From Acutalibacteraceae bacterium (GTDB taxonomy: Bacteria; Bacillota; Clostridia; Oscillospirales; Acutalibacteraceae): a stretch of DNA of 41,972 nt. A model generated the notes under the pieces. The model did no database searches. It was given only the letters and a program-made list of their open reading frames with translations, and was not told the DNA's origin. Position numbers and translations under genes: made by a program. Below, piece by piece: positions 9,605 to 18,609 of the stretch. How positions within the stretch are numbered: position 1 is the first letter of the stretch; the number at the start of each line of letters is the position of its first letter. The DNA is taken from contig JAZREW010000017.1 of NCBI GenBank assembly GCA_045661005.1, positions 1-41,972 on the forward strand. Reading direction: 5' to 3'.

Positions 9605-10585
9605 ATGAATAAATGTAATTTGGCGGCTTACCATATGCATAGTAACAGAGACCCCGAGGGTTTTGAACTTTTCCTTAAAGACCCTCATCAGACCATTTTT
9701 CTGCTTGAAATGAAATTTAAGACAGATAAAGATGATCCTGCCTTTGATGATTTGAGAAGATGTAGAGAAAACGGAAAATATGCTTTTATTTTGTTTTGGA
9801 ATCTTATATTTGAAGAAAAGGACGCACCATATCACCGACCTTTAAAGCCAAATTGGCGTGAGTTGCTTGATGAATTGAACGATAAACTTTGCGAAATAGG
9901 CGGCGAGTATTTCTTAGGCTATCATTTTGATGAACCGTTTTATTATATGACGGGTGATGAATACAGAGATTTAACAAAATATATGTCAAAATACGGCAAA
10001 CGTATTTCTGCTGTACATGCAAGCGTACATATTCATATGGCGCTGTGGCCTGTTAATGAGTCGCACGATTTCCAATCGGTTGCCTTCCGTAATATGAGCC
10101 ACATAACCCCCGAAAATCACGCATATACAACCGATGTGAGCTATGATTATTACGGCAAATGGGAGCATGGTGTACACCATAATACTATCTACCGTATGTT
10201 TATTGAAAGAATGGGTGACCGTTTCGAAAAAACAAAGTTCTGGTTTACTCCTCCTGTTGGAACAACCCTTGCTGAGTGGATATATGAAGAAGACCACGGT
10301 GAACAGACCTGTATAGATGTGTTTATGGGTATGTGGAACTGGGCTAAAAAGCTTCCGAATTTCGGCGGTTTTATGGTTTACGGATATTATAATTGGGTAC
10401 GCAAGCGTGACGGTATGAGCGACGGAAACGGCAGAAAATATCTTTTACCAGATAAAGATGGTAACATTGAATGGAAACGTCTGCACAGCATACTTGAAGC
10501 AGTAGGTAAAGGCTTTGCTGAGGGTAAGCATCCAAGTGAAATTGAGCTGCCTGAGGTAGAGTATGATAAAGGCTACATAGTTTAA
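9605..10585 (+). CDS. Cytoplasmic protein made of one copy of an unassigned ~300-aa domain (paralog 1); possible TIM-barrel glycan-active enzyme
   Basis: No signal peptide. RBS AAAGGAG. It carries the motifs FLGYHFDEPFYYMTGDEY, AVHASVH, ENHAYTTDVSYDYYGKW, KFWFTPPVG and NFGGFMVY, which are shared with 10604-11596 and with the C-terminal parts of 11747-15514 and 18610-20298. Confidence 0.8.
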   Translation: MNKCNLAAYHMHSNRDPEGFELFLKDPHQTIFLLEMKFKTDKDDPAFDDLRRCRENGKYAFILFWNLIFEEKDAPYHRPLKPNWRELLDELNDKLCEIGGEYFLGYHFDEPFYYMTGDEYRDLTKYMSKYGKRISAVHASVHIHMALWPVNESHDFQSVAFRNMSHITPENHAYTTDVSYDYYGKWEHGVHHNTIYRMFIERMGDRFEKTKFWFTPPVGTTLAEWIYEEDHGEQTCIDVFMGMWNWAKKLPNFGGFMVYGYYNWVRKRDGMSDGNGRKYLLPDKDGNIEWKRLHSILEAVGKGFAEGKHPSEIELPEVEYDKGYIV

Positions 10586-10603
10586 GAGAGGAAAAGTGAT
10601 TTT

Positions 10604-11596
10604 ATGAGTTGTGAATTAATACCTTATGCTATATGTACTAATAAGGATGCCGAAACCTTTCACTATATGCTGAAGCATCCGCACTATAACTTCTTTATGC
10701 TTGATATGTACAAGGGCGGAAATTCTGATTTGCCGATAGAAGAAGATTCGGTTTGTGAGGATATTAAGCTTTGCCGAGAATACGGTAAGGTAGCAACCCT
10801 TTCTGTGGGCAGATATATCTTCGAAAAAAATGATGCACCGTATCACGCACCTTTAAAGGAAAATTGGCAGGAAATAATGGATAGAATAGACGCTCTTATG
10901 TCTGAGCTTGGCGGAGATGCCTTTATAGGCTACAGCTTTGACGAACCGTTTTATTATATGACGGGTGACGAGTATCTTGAAATGACAAAGTATATTTCAA
11001 AATACGGCAGAAGGATTTTTGCCATTCACGCAAGCGTTCATATTCACATGGCGTTGTGGCCTGTTAATGAATCACACGATTTCAAGTCTACCGCATTTCG
11101 TAATATGAGCCACATCACACCCGAAAATCACGCTTATACCACTGATGTAAGCTATGATTATTATGGAGAATGGGAGCATGGTGTACATCATAATACAGTA
11201 TACCGTTTGTTTATTGAAAGAATGGGTGACCGTTTTGAAAAAACAAAGTTCTGGTTTACACCGCCCGTGGGTACTGTAATGCGTTCTTGGGTGGATATTC
11301 CAAGTGAGGAATGCGAACAAATCTGTATAGATATATTTATGGGAATGTGGAACTGGGCAAAAAGTGTTCAAAATTTCGGTGGTTTTATAATCTATACATT
11401 TTTGGATTATATTTGCAGAGACGGTAGCAGTCATGGTAATGCAAAAACATATCTTATACCCGATGAAAACGGCAACGTTAAGTGGGAGAAAATGTACAGT
11501 ATTTTAAACGCTGTAGGCGAAGGCTTTATTGCGGGTAAGCATCCAAGTGAGATTGAACTGCCCGAGGTAGAGTACGATAAAGGCTATATTGTTTAA
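10604..11596 (+). CDS. Cytoplasmic protein, tandem paralog 2 of the unassigned ~300-aa domain
   Basis: No signal peptide. The central ~150 aa are nearly identical to paralog 1, and the last 20 aa (GKHPSEIELPEVEYDKGYIV) are identical. The N-terminal ~90 aa are diverged. Confidence 0.8.
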   Translation: MSCELIPYAICTNKDAETFHYMLKHPHYNFFMLDMYKGGNSDLPIEEDSVCEDIKLCREYGKVATLSVGRYIFEKNDAPYHAPLKENWQEIMDRIDALMSELGGDAFIGYSFDEPFYYMTGDEYLEMTKYISKYGRRIFAIHASVHIHMALWPVNESHDFKSTAFRNMSHITPENHAYTTDVSYDYYGEWEHGVHHNTVYRLFIERMGDRFEKTKFWFTPPVGTVMRSWVDIPSEECEQICIDIFMGMWNWAKSVQNFGGFIIYTFLDYICRDGSSHGNAKTYLIPDENGNVKWEKMYSILNAVGEGFIAGKHPSEIELPEVEYDKGYIV

Positions 11597-11746
11597 AAAA
11601 TCACATTTTTTATGCTTAATCGTAAAAAAAGATAGCTAAAGTAAAAATATGATAATAGAAAAAAGCTTTTGTTTGTTTTATAATATAAATGTGAACTTTG
11701 TGTAAATTTTTTAGAAAAAACTAACAATTTTTAGGGAGGTTTTATT

Positions 11747-14700
11747 ATGAAAAAAATTCTAGCACTTATTTTAACCTTGGCACTTACTCTTTCTATGGTG
11801 TGTGCAGGCTTTGTTGCCGAAGCAACCGTAGAGCCTACAAACTCGGAATATTATTGGGAGCCTGTTGATGCAATCGGTTACGATGAAGCCCAGATTGACA
11901 TCAGAGGTACTAATGCCGATGTAGCCTTAACTGCAGAGGAAAAAGAAGCTTCTAAGCCTCGCCTTGTAACCGGCGGTGTTAACGGCTCTAATGCTATGCA
12001 GGTTGGCGGTAGTTACACTTATAGCAGATATTTAATGCATTTCCGTATTAATGGTCTTAAGTTAGATACTACTTATGTTATTGAGATGGATGTTAAAAAG
12101 GTATCGGGCGCTATAAGAACCATGCAGGCGGGTGTATGGCGTGCAGGCGCATACAACTATTCTACAACAACTTATGCAGATGCCGATATTTCTTCTGATG
12201 CTTTCACAACACTAACATTTGAAAGCTCACTTTCGGGAAGTTATATTCCGCATTACCTTATTGTTAACTTCAATACAACAAGCGCGGGTGCGGTATTGCT
12301 TATAGACAACATTGTTGTTTACGAAAAAGAAGACAGCTCTAAAACAAATCTTTACGACACATCCTTAGCAGTAGAAACAGGCTCTGAAAATCCCGGTACT
12401 TTTGATAAGGAATATAAGCTTTGGTTTGATAACGAGGCAGAAGAAAACCTTTGCTATTTCCCTGTGGATAGCATTCCTTACAGAACCAGCGGTACAGCAA
12501 ACGTAGTACCTGTACTTTCAAATATGGGTGAGGGTGTTAAGGGAAGTTATGCTATGAAGCTTGAAACAGCAGCTTCAAAGCAGTCTACTTTATATATGCA
12601 ACCGGCGGCCACATCTACATACTCAGCGTCAACTGAATATGTAATTGAAATGAAAATAAAGAAATCAGCCGGTTCGATTGCGTCAAGCAATCTTTTAATT
12701 GGTATGAATGAAAACAACGCTTGGAACTGGTCAAAAACCATTACTGATGCTGAGCTTTCAAGCGAATACACCTATTTCAAATGGTCACATACTACAAGCG
12801 CTACTACCGGTTGGAGACACTTCTGCTTTAGATATACTGCAGGCAGTTCGGGTGCTACACTTTTGATAGACGAAATAAAGATCTACAAAGCAAGCGATGC
12901 TAACAAAACACCTATCGTTTTCCAAAATGGACTTGAGGCTGACTGTGACTTTGATTTAGACGATACATATTACGGAATACCAACTGATGATACTGCAGAT
13001 ACCGGCATCGATTATTCTCCTGCTGCTTCTGTAGGCGATAAGGTGAGCGGTTCTAACGCTTCTGACTATCCGGCTGATATTGCACCGGCTATTGTTGCCG
13101 GCGGTGTTAAAGGCTCTTATGCTATGAAAATAGGCGGAGCTACCCAAACTGCCATTAGCAATTATACAGTAACCTTTGCAGGTCAGAAATTTGTTGCAGA
13201 TACAGATTATACTATTGAAGTTGATATTAAGAAGCTTTCAGGCACAGTTGGTACTCTTTCTATGGGATTAACCACATCTACAGGAACGCTTGTACTTGAT
13301 GATGAAAGACTTTGCGATAGCTTTACAACATATAAATGGAATATAAAGACTAAGAGCACAATTAACGCATCTACTTGGATGTATTTACAATTCATATTAA
13401 ACACCGATGTTGGCGGTGCAGAATTGTTAATTGATAATATAAAGGTTTATGCAAGCGAAGAAATTGAAAAGCCTAATTTTGCAACATCAAATAACGGTGT
13501 GTACACATTCGATGTCAGCTCACAAATGCTTCCTGTATACAAGGAAAATGCTGCTGAAAATGAGTATCCGTTATTTAAATTCAGTTCTAATAACGCTTAC
13601 CCTGTAAACGGTGCAGAAACAAGCAATGTAGCAGAGCTTGTTTGTCTTGAAAATGCAGATAGCGGTAGCTATGCAATGGCTATTGGCGCTGCTAATGATG
13701 ACCCTACCAAGGCTACTGTAAGATTTGGTCTTAGAGAGTTAGACTTTGGCAAAACCTATAAGGTTAAATTCTCGGCATTTATAGTTAATTCATTTAATTT
13801 GTTTAACGCATCTATTACAGCTACTAACGGCGGCAGCGATGTTTATGAAATTCAGATTTCTAAGAATACTGCTGAAAAGGATATACCAAGAAGCTGGCAG
13901 GAATTTGAATTTACATACACAAATACCTCTACCTTGCAAGACTACGTTTCTCACGCTTACTTGATATTTAGTTTTGAAGATAATAACGGTGCCGGCGCAG
14001 TATTTGTTGATTCTATAAGCGTTTGCGAAATAGATGAGTCCGGCGCAGAGGTAGGTCCTAACATCTTTATAAATGGCGATTTTGAGTATTTCACAGAAGA
14101 AGAGCCTGACTGGACTAATAGTGAATTCTGGTCAAATGACAGCGCTACAGACTTCTCATTTATGCAGAATATTGAGAAGGAGCTTGGCGGTTTAGGTACT
14201 GGCATAGTAAATGATAGCGAGCTTTTCTCACAGCTTATTACAAGCGATACCTACGAAGCATTCGATTCTTATATTGTTGCAAGCGAAAAATTTGCAGTTG
14301 CAGAATACGAGGCAATTGCGTTGGCCGAGGCTGGTAAAAAGGTATGGTTATGTGTAAATCAGCTTATTGATAACAATAAGACATTAGCAACCGATTGGCA
14401 GGCTAAGCTTATAAGATACGCTACTATGATGCAGAATGTATGCGGTGATAATTTCCAAGGCTTCTATTTCGATGAGCCTGCTTATTACTGCACATCTGAT
14501 GAGTTTACACAGGTAACTAAATTCTGTCGTGAGTATTTCAGAAAGCGTGTATTTGCTATTCATTTCAATGCAACATTTACAAATGAAGAAACTACAGAAG
14601 AAATCAAGTTTATAGCTGATGCGGCTAACCACGCATATGTTACAGATGTTGGTTACTGGCGTTATGGCAGCTGGGATGCAGGTAGCGATGCTACAATGGA

Positions 14701-15514
14701 TACTTGGAATGATTTTGTTTCAACATTAAATGAAAATACAAGAATTTGGGTAACTCCTCTTCTTGGAAGACATGATTATTTGCAGACCGAAGATGATATT
14801 GTAGGAATTATTAACGGTATGCTTAGCGGATGTAAGGATTTAGATAATTTCGGTGGCGTTATGTTCTACTCTATGTCTTACCAACCCGCAACAATAGAAT
14901 TAGATGACGAAAAATATAATCAGGCTGTAAATGAAGGTGCTGTTAAGACTGAGGTTTATACAGTTATCGATGCTAGCGGTGAAGTTCTTTATAACCGCTA
15001 TTTCAGAGGCGGCGGTGCTTATTTGATTAATCCTGAAAGTGAAGAATATATGCCTAATGTAGCGGCTTTAGTTAATCAGATTGCTAAAGAGTTTAAGGCA
15101 GACACCGCTTTCCGTTTGAATAACAAATGCGGCACATACGATATAGTAAATAATGTTATCTATGTAACAGCAGATAATGTTACTGTTTCAGATATAATAA
15201 ACGCTTCAGGTTTGGCAGATATTGCAAATACCTTTGTTTCTGCAGGTGAGCCAATTTCAGCAGATATGGTTATAGGTACAGATTACACTTTAACCTCTGA
15301 ATTTATAACCTGTAATTTCAGTTACTCAATTGCAGTAAAGAATGATGCTAACGGCGACGGATTAGTAAACATTATAGATTTAGTACGTGCTGTAAAGCTT
15401 GCTAAATTTGTTGTAGAAGGTACCGACGCACAGTATGTGGCATTGAATTCTTCTAACGGCGAAGTATCTGCTGAGGCATTAACAATTCTTAAGAGAATTA
15501 TATTCAACAGCTAA
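11747..15514 (+). CDS. Secreted multimodular protein: four CBM-like beta-sandwich modules + unassigned ~300-aa domain + dockerin-like C-terminus
   Basis: RBS GGGAGG. Signal peptide MKKILALILTLALTLSMVCAGFVAEA. The modular layout is detailed in the three sub-features that follow. Confidence 0.85.
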   Translation: MKKILALILTLALTLSMVCAGFVAEATVEPTNSEYYWEPVDAIGYDEAQIDIRGTNADVALTAEEKEASKPRLVTGGVNGSNAMQVGGSYTYSRYLMHFRINGLKLDTTYVIEMDVKKVSGAIRTMQAGVWRAGAYNYSTTTYADADISSDAFTTLTFESSLSGSYIPHYLIVNFNTTSAGAVLLIDNIVVYEKEDSSKTNLYDTSLAVETGSENPGTFDKEYKLWFDNEAEENLCYFPVDSIPYRTSGTANVVPVLSNMGEGVKGSYAMKLETAASKQSTLYMQPAATSTYSASTEYVIEMKIKKSAGSIASSNLLIGMNENNAWNWSKTITDAELSSEYTYFKWSHTTSATTGWRHFCFRYTAGSSGATLLIDEIKIYKASDANKTPIVFQNGLEADCDFDLDDTYYGIPTDDTADTGIDYSPAASVGDKVSGSNASDYPADIAPAIVAGGVKGSYAMKIGGATQTAISNYTVTFAGQKFVADTDYTIEVDIKKLSGTVGTLSMGLTTSTGTLVLDDERLCDSFTTYKWNIKTKSTINASTWMYLQFILNTDVGGAELLIDNIKVYASEEIEKPNFATSNNGVYTFDVSSQMLPVYKENAAENEYPLFKFSSNNAYPVNGAETSNVAELVCLENADSGSYAMAIGAANDDPTKATVRFGLRELDFGKTYKVKFSAFIVNSFNLFNASITATNGGSDVYEIQISKNTAEKDIPRSWQEFEFTYTNTSTLQDYVSHAYLIFSFEDNNGAGAVFVDSISVCEIDESGAEVGPNIFINGDFEYFTEEEPDWTNSEFWSNDSATDFSFMQNIEKELGGLGTGIVNDSELFSQLITSDTYEAFDSYIVASEKFAVAEYEAIALAEAGKKVWLCVNQLIDNNKTLATDWQAKLIRYATMMQNVCGDNFQGFYFDEPAYYCTSDEFTQVTKFCREYFRKRVFAIHFNATFTNEETTEEIKFIADAANHAYVTDVGYWRYGSWDAGSDATMDTWNDFVSTLNENTRIWVTPLLGRHDYLQTEDDIVGIINGMLSGCKDLDNFGGVMFYSMSYQPATIELDDEKYNQAVNEGAVKTEVYTVIDASGEVLYNRYFRGGGAYLINPESEEYMPNVAALVNQIAKEFKADTAFRLNNKCGTYDIVNNVIYVTADNVTVSDIINASGLADIANTFVSAGEPISADMVIGTDYTLTSEFITCNFSYSIAVKNDANGDGLVNIIDLVRAVKLAKFVVEGTDAQYVALNSSNGEVSAEALTILKRIIFNS
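11825..14095 (+). other. Four CBM_4_9-like carbohydrate-binding-type modules within the 11747-15514 protein
   Basis: A recurrent pattern appears four times. It runs G(G/E)GV(K/N)GSYAM.(I/L/V)G, then (T/D)(E/T)Y.IE(M/V)(K/D)(I/V)KK, then W..(F/Y).(W/F), then LLID(N/E)I(K/V)(V/I)Y, then (F/I).NG..(A/F)(D/E). Module 2 is clearly homologous to the repeats in 15595-18609. Confidence 0.6.
14153..15060 (+). other. Extracellular copy of the unassigned domain (paralog 3)
   Basis: Motifs in order: FSFMQNIEKE, KVWLCVNQLI, DWQAKL, FQGFYFDEPAYYCTSDEF, TKF, AIHFNAT, NHAYVTDVGYWRYGSW, RIWVTPLLG, NFGGVMFYSMSY, GGGAYLINPESEEY. They are colinear with the other three copies. Confidence 0.75.
15338..15511 (+). 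other. Dockerin-like module (one canonical Ca2+-binding loop, second loop degenerate)
   Basis: KNDANGDGLVNIIDLVRAVKL matches the dockerin/EF-hand loop D.N.DG.(V/I)N..D(L/A). The second segment LNSSNGEVSAEALTILKRIIF keeps the helix but has weakened loop residues. Confidence 0.6.
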
Positions 15515-15523
15515 TTTATGCTT

Positions 15524-15549
15524 AAAGCCACTGCCTGAGCAGTGGCTTT
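15524..15549 (+). terminator. Stem-loop downstream of the 11747-15514 gene (candidate intrinsic terminator/processing site)
   Basis: Perfect 11-bp stem AAAGCCACTGC / GCAGTGGCTTT with a CTGA loop, 10 nt after the stop. The T-run (TTTTTTT) lies about 20 nt further downstream, so termination may be partial. Confidence 0.55.
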
Positions 15550-15594
15550 AGGTGCTTATTCAGTTCGATTTTTTTGTGGCAAAGGAGAATATAA

Positions 15595-18500
15595 ATGACC
15601 AATAAAAAACGGGATATTCTTAAGCTCATATCAACAATTCTGGTTGTATGTATAGTGGTTGTAAGCACTTCGGTTATCTGGGTTTCAGGCTTGACCAACT
15701 ATACTGTAGAGCCGGTGGATAATACCGTTAATCCCGATATAGAATTCACGCCTATAAGCAGCATACCCTGTAGAACAAATAATGCGGCTATGCTTTCGGC
15801 GCCCGTTCTTACAGAGCTTGGCGAGGGCGTGTGCGGTTCTTATGCTATGCAAATAGGAACCATGTCAACCAAAACAAATACTGTGTATTTTCAGCCTTCG
15901 GGTACATCGATTATTGAAAAGAATACCGAGTATGTAATTGAAATGAAAATACGTAAAAAGCAGGGCGAATTCGATTCACTCAAAATAGGTTTTTTCGGAT
16001 ACAATACCACAGGTGCAAATTATTCGTTTGAAGTTGAAAATGATGCGGTTTCGAGCGAATGGCAATGTTACAGATGGAACCATAGAACCACCACAAGCAG
16101 TGGTTGGAAATTTTTAGAAATTACATATACTGCGGCAAACGGCGTGGTTTTATTGTTTGATGATATAAAGGTATATAAAGCTAATGATGCGCAAAAAACT
16201 CCGTTGGCGTTTCAAAATGGTTTAGCGGCTGACGCTACCTTTGATACATCGGTATCACATGCGAAAAATTACGAGGTTTTAGATTTTAATAACAAAACTG
16301 ATCCAAACGTAGAATTTACACCTATAAGCAGTATACCCTGCAGAACAAACAATGCGGCCATGCTTTCGGCACCCGTTCTTACCGAGCTTGGCGAGGGTGT
16401 GCGTGGTTCTTACGCTATGCAGATAGGTACTATGTCAACCAAAACAAATACCGTGTATTTTCAGGCTTCGGGTACAACCGCTATTGAAAAGAATACCGAG
16501 TATGTAATTGAAATGAAAATACGTAAAAAGCAGGGTGATTTCAATTCACTTAAAATAGGCTTTTTCGGGTATAACACAACAGGTGCAAATTATTCGTTTG
16601 TAGTAGGTGATGACGAGGTTTCAAGCGAATGGCAATACTACAGATGGAGGCATACCACAACCTCAAGCAATGGTTGGAAATTCTTAGAAATCACATATGC
16701 TGCAACCAATGGTGTTGTATTGTTGTTTGATGATATAAAGGTTTATAAATCTAATGATGAACAGAAAACACCTATAGCATTTCAGAACGGTTTAGCGGCT
16801 GACGCTACCTTTGATACTTCTGTAATTTATGAAAAAAATTATGAGATTATTGAGTTTGATGACTCTGTAATAGAAAATGTAGAATACAAAGCATTGGATT
16901 TTATTCCGCACAGAGAAAGCAACGAACTTATGAACTCTGCACCGGTAATATCTGAGGCGGGCGAGGGTGTGCGTGGCTCTTATGCTATGCAGATAGGCGC
17001 TATGGATGTTACAACTAACTCTGTAAGATTTCAGGCGGCAGCGAGAACTGCAATTGCGCCTGATACTGAGTATGTAATTGAAATGAAGATAAGGAAAAAG
17101 TCAGGTAATATTAAAACCCTTAGTGTAGGATTTTATGAAAACGGCATAGGCTCTGAAAATGCGTTTACAATTCCAAATGCAGTTCTTCTGAACGAATGGC
17201 AATGCTTTAGATGGAAGCATACCACCAATGCAGACAGCGGAAACTGGAAATTCTTTGAAATATCTTATTTTGCGCCAGAGGGTGTAATAATTCAGGTGGA
17301 TGATATTAAAATTTACCGTGCTGACGACCCGGATAAGAGCTTAATTCCTTTCCAAAGTGGTATGGATGCGGAAATGGTTTTTGAAACTAAAAGAATACCT
17401 TTTACTGCAAAAGCAGTAGAAAGCAAAGCAGATACCACAACTAAATATGTTCCGGTTAATTTTTACGATTGGGAAAACGTAACTCAATCCAGCGTTGCAG
17501 ATAAGTTCCCGTCAGGCTACATATTTAAAAACGATGCAAGAAATGCCGTGCGTCCACGTCTTTCACAATTTGGCGAAGGCTTTAACGGAACCTACGCTAT
17601 GGTTATAGGCGGTAAGGATGTAAAGGTTACAGACGAATATCAGGTGCGTTTTTCATTTCCGGCATCTAATGTGCTTGCCGCTAACACAGAGTATACCTTT
17701 AAGGTTAAGCTTAAAAAAGTGCAGGGTGCGGTAGATAGCTTTAAAATCGGTTTCATTGAATCGGGAAGCACCGCACATTATTCGCTGGATATTTTAAATT
17801 CTGAACTGTCAACTGAGTGGACAGAGTACACCTGGAAATACACAACCGATGAAAGTTGTGCGGGAGCTACTGTATGGAATTATATTGCAATATCCTATGT
17901 TGCAACATCAGATGAGGGCGCAACCGTACTTGTTGATGATTTGGTTGTTTACCCAACTGAGTATGATGAAAGCCGCAAGATTTTTGGTATGGGTGCTTTT
18001 GAATATAAGGATTTGGGACAGGAAAAGGTTACCTTTACGGATAATAATCCTACCGATTGTGAACCTGCGTTCAGAAAGAGTACCGCCAGTGATAAAAACG
18101 GTGGCTTACAGCCACGTGTAGTGGAATGTGATGCCCACACAGGTAAATACGCATTGGCGCTAGGCTTTAGTGAAACGGCTTCGGATTCGGTGTATACAGT
18201 TTCGCTATTACCAACAAAACCCGGCGGCAGTTATCGCATAAGCTTTTGGGTTAAGGTGCAAGGCGAGGTAGACGGTGCATATATCGGATTTATGGATAGC
18301 TTCCAAAAATATAAATTCTATGGCGGCAATTACGTGTTTAATCAATATGAATGCGGTAAATGGACCAAGGTAGAATTTGTATATACCGATACAGCAACCA
18401 TTTCAACAGCAAAGGGCTATAGATATTTTATGGCAAAGCTTGTTGCCCCCGCAGGTTCAGGAATTTTAATAGATGACGTAAGCATTAAAGACGTTTCTTT

Positions 18501-18609
18501 AGGCGACAAAGCGGCTAATCTTATTGAATTTGGCGGATTTGAGAAAGAGCTAAAGCCATTACCGGCAGTTGTCTGGGATGACAGATATATTTACAAGGAG
18601 GAGAATTAA
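15595..18609 (+). CDS. N-terminally membrane-anchored surface protein made of five CBM-like modules and no recognisable catalytic domain (candidate glycan-binding protein)
   Basis: RBS AAGGAG. A single N-terminal TM segment (ILKLISTILVVCIVVVSTSVIWV) is followed by five ~190-aa modules of the same type as in 11747-15514. Confidence 0.8.
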   Translation: MTNKKRDILKLISTILVVCIVVVSTSVIWVSGLTNYTVEPVDNTVNPDIEFTPISSIPCRTNNAAMLSAPVLTELGEGVCGSYAMQIGTMSTKTNTVYFQPSGTSIIEKNTEYVIEMKIRKKQGEFDSLKIGFFGYNTTGANYSFEVENDAVSSEWQCYRWNHRTTTSSGWKFLEITYTAANGVVLLFDDIKVYKANDAQKTPLAFQNGLAADATFDTSVSHAKNYEVLDFNNKTDPNVEFTPISSIPCRTNNAAMLSAPVLTELGEGVRGSYAMQIGTMSTKTNTVYFQASGTTAIEKNTEYVIEMKIRKKQGDFNSLKIGFFGYNTTGANYSFVVGDDEVSSEWQYYRWRHTTTSSNGWKFLEITYAATNGVVLLFDDIKVYKSNDEQKTPIAFQNGLAADATFDTSVIYEKNYEIIEFDDSVIENVEYKALDFIPHRESNELMNSAPVISEAGEGVRGSYAMQIGAMDVTTNSVRFQAAARTAIAPDTEYVIEMKIRKKSGNIKTLSVGFYENGIGSENAFTIPNAVLLNEWQCFRWKHTTNADSGNWKFFEISYFAPEGVIIQVDDIKIYRADDPDKSLIPFQSGMDAEMVFETKRIPFTAKAVESKADTTTKYVPVNFYDWENVTQSSVADKFPSGYIFKNDARNAVRPRLSQFGEGFNGTYAMVIGGKDVKVTDEYQVRFSFPASNVLAANTEYTFKVKLKKVQGAVDSFKIGFIESGSTAHYSLDILNSELSTEWTEYTWKYTTDESCAGATVWNYIAISYVATSDEGATVLVDDLVVYPTEYDESRKIFGMGAFEYKDLGQEKVTFTDNNPTDCEPAFRKSTASDKNGGLQPRVVECDAHTGKYALALGFSETASDSVYTVSLLPTKPGGSYRISFWVKVQGEVDGAYIGFMDSFQKYKFYGGNYVFNQYECGKWTKVEFVYTDTATISTAKGYRYFMAKLVAPAGSGILIDDVSIKDVSLGDKAANLIEFGGFEKELKPLPAVVWDDRYIYKEEN
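15730..17439 (+). repeat. Three in-frame tandem 570-nt (190-aa) repeat units
   Basis: The GAATT(C/T)AC / GAATACAA landmarks at 15742, 16312 and 16882 are spaced exactly 570 nt apart. Units 1 and 2 are roughly 90% identical at DNA level by eye, with long identical runs such as GAATACCGAGTATGTAATTGAAATGAAAATACGTAAAAAGCAGGG. Unit 3 is more diverged. Confidence 0.9.

Noticed and set aside
9605-11596. The possibility that the two adjacent near-identical genes are an assembly duplication or a very recent duplicate.
   Set aside because: The N-terminal thirds are strongly diverged, and the conserved parts carry many synonymous differences. These are two established paralogs.
11609-11619. The 11-nt string TTTATGCTTAA occurs just after the stop of the 10604 gene and again at 15515-15525 just after the stop of the 11747 gene.
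   Set aside because: The match is short, AT-rich and occurs only twice, with no flanking similarity or symmetry. It may be chance. It is worth a motif search across the genome but is not enough to call a site.
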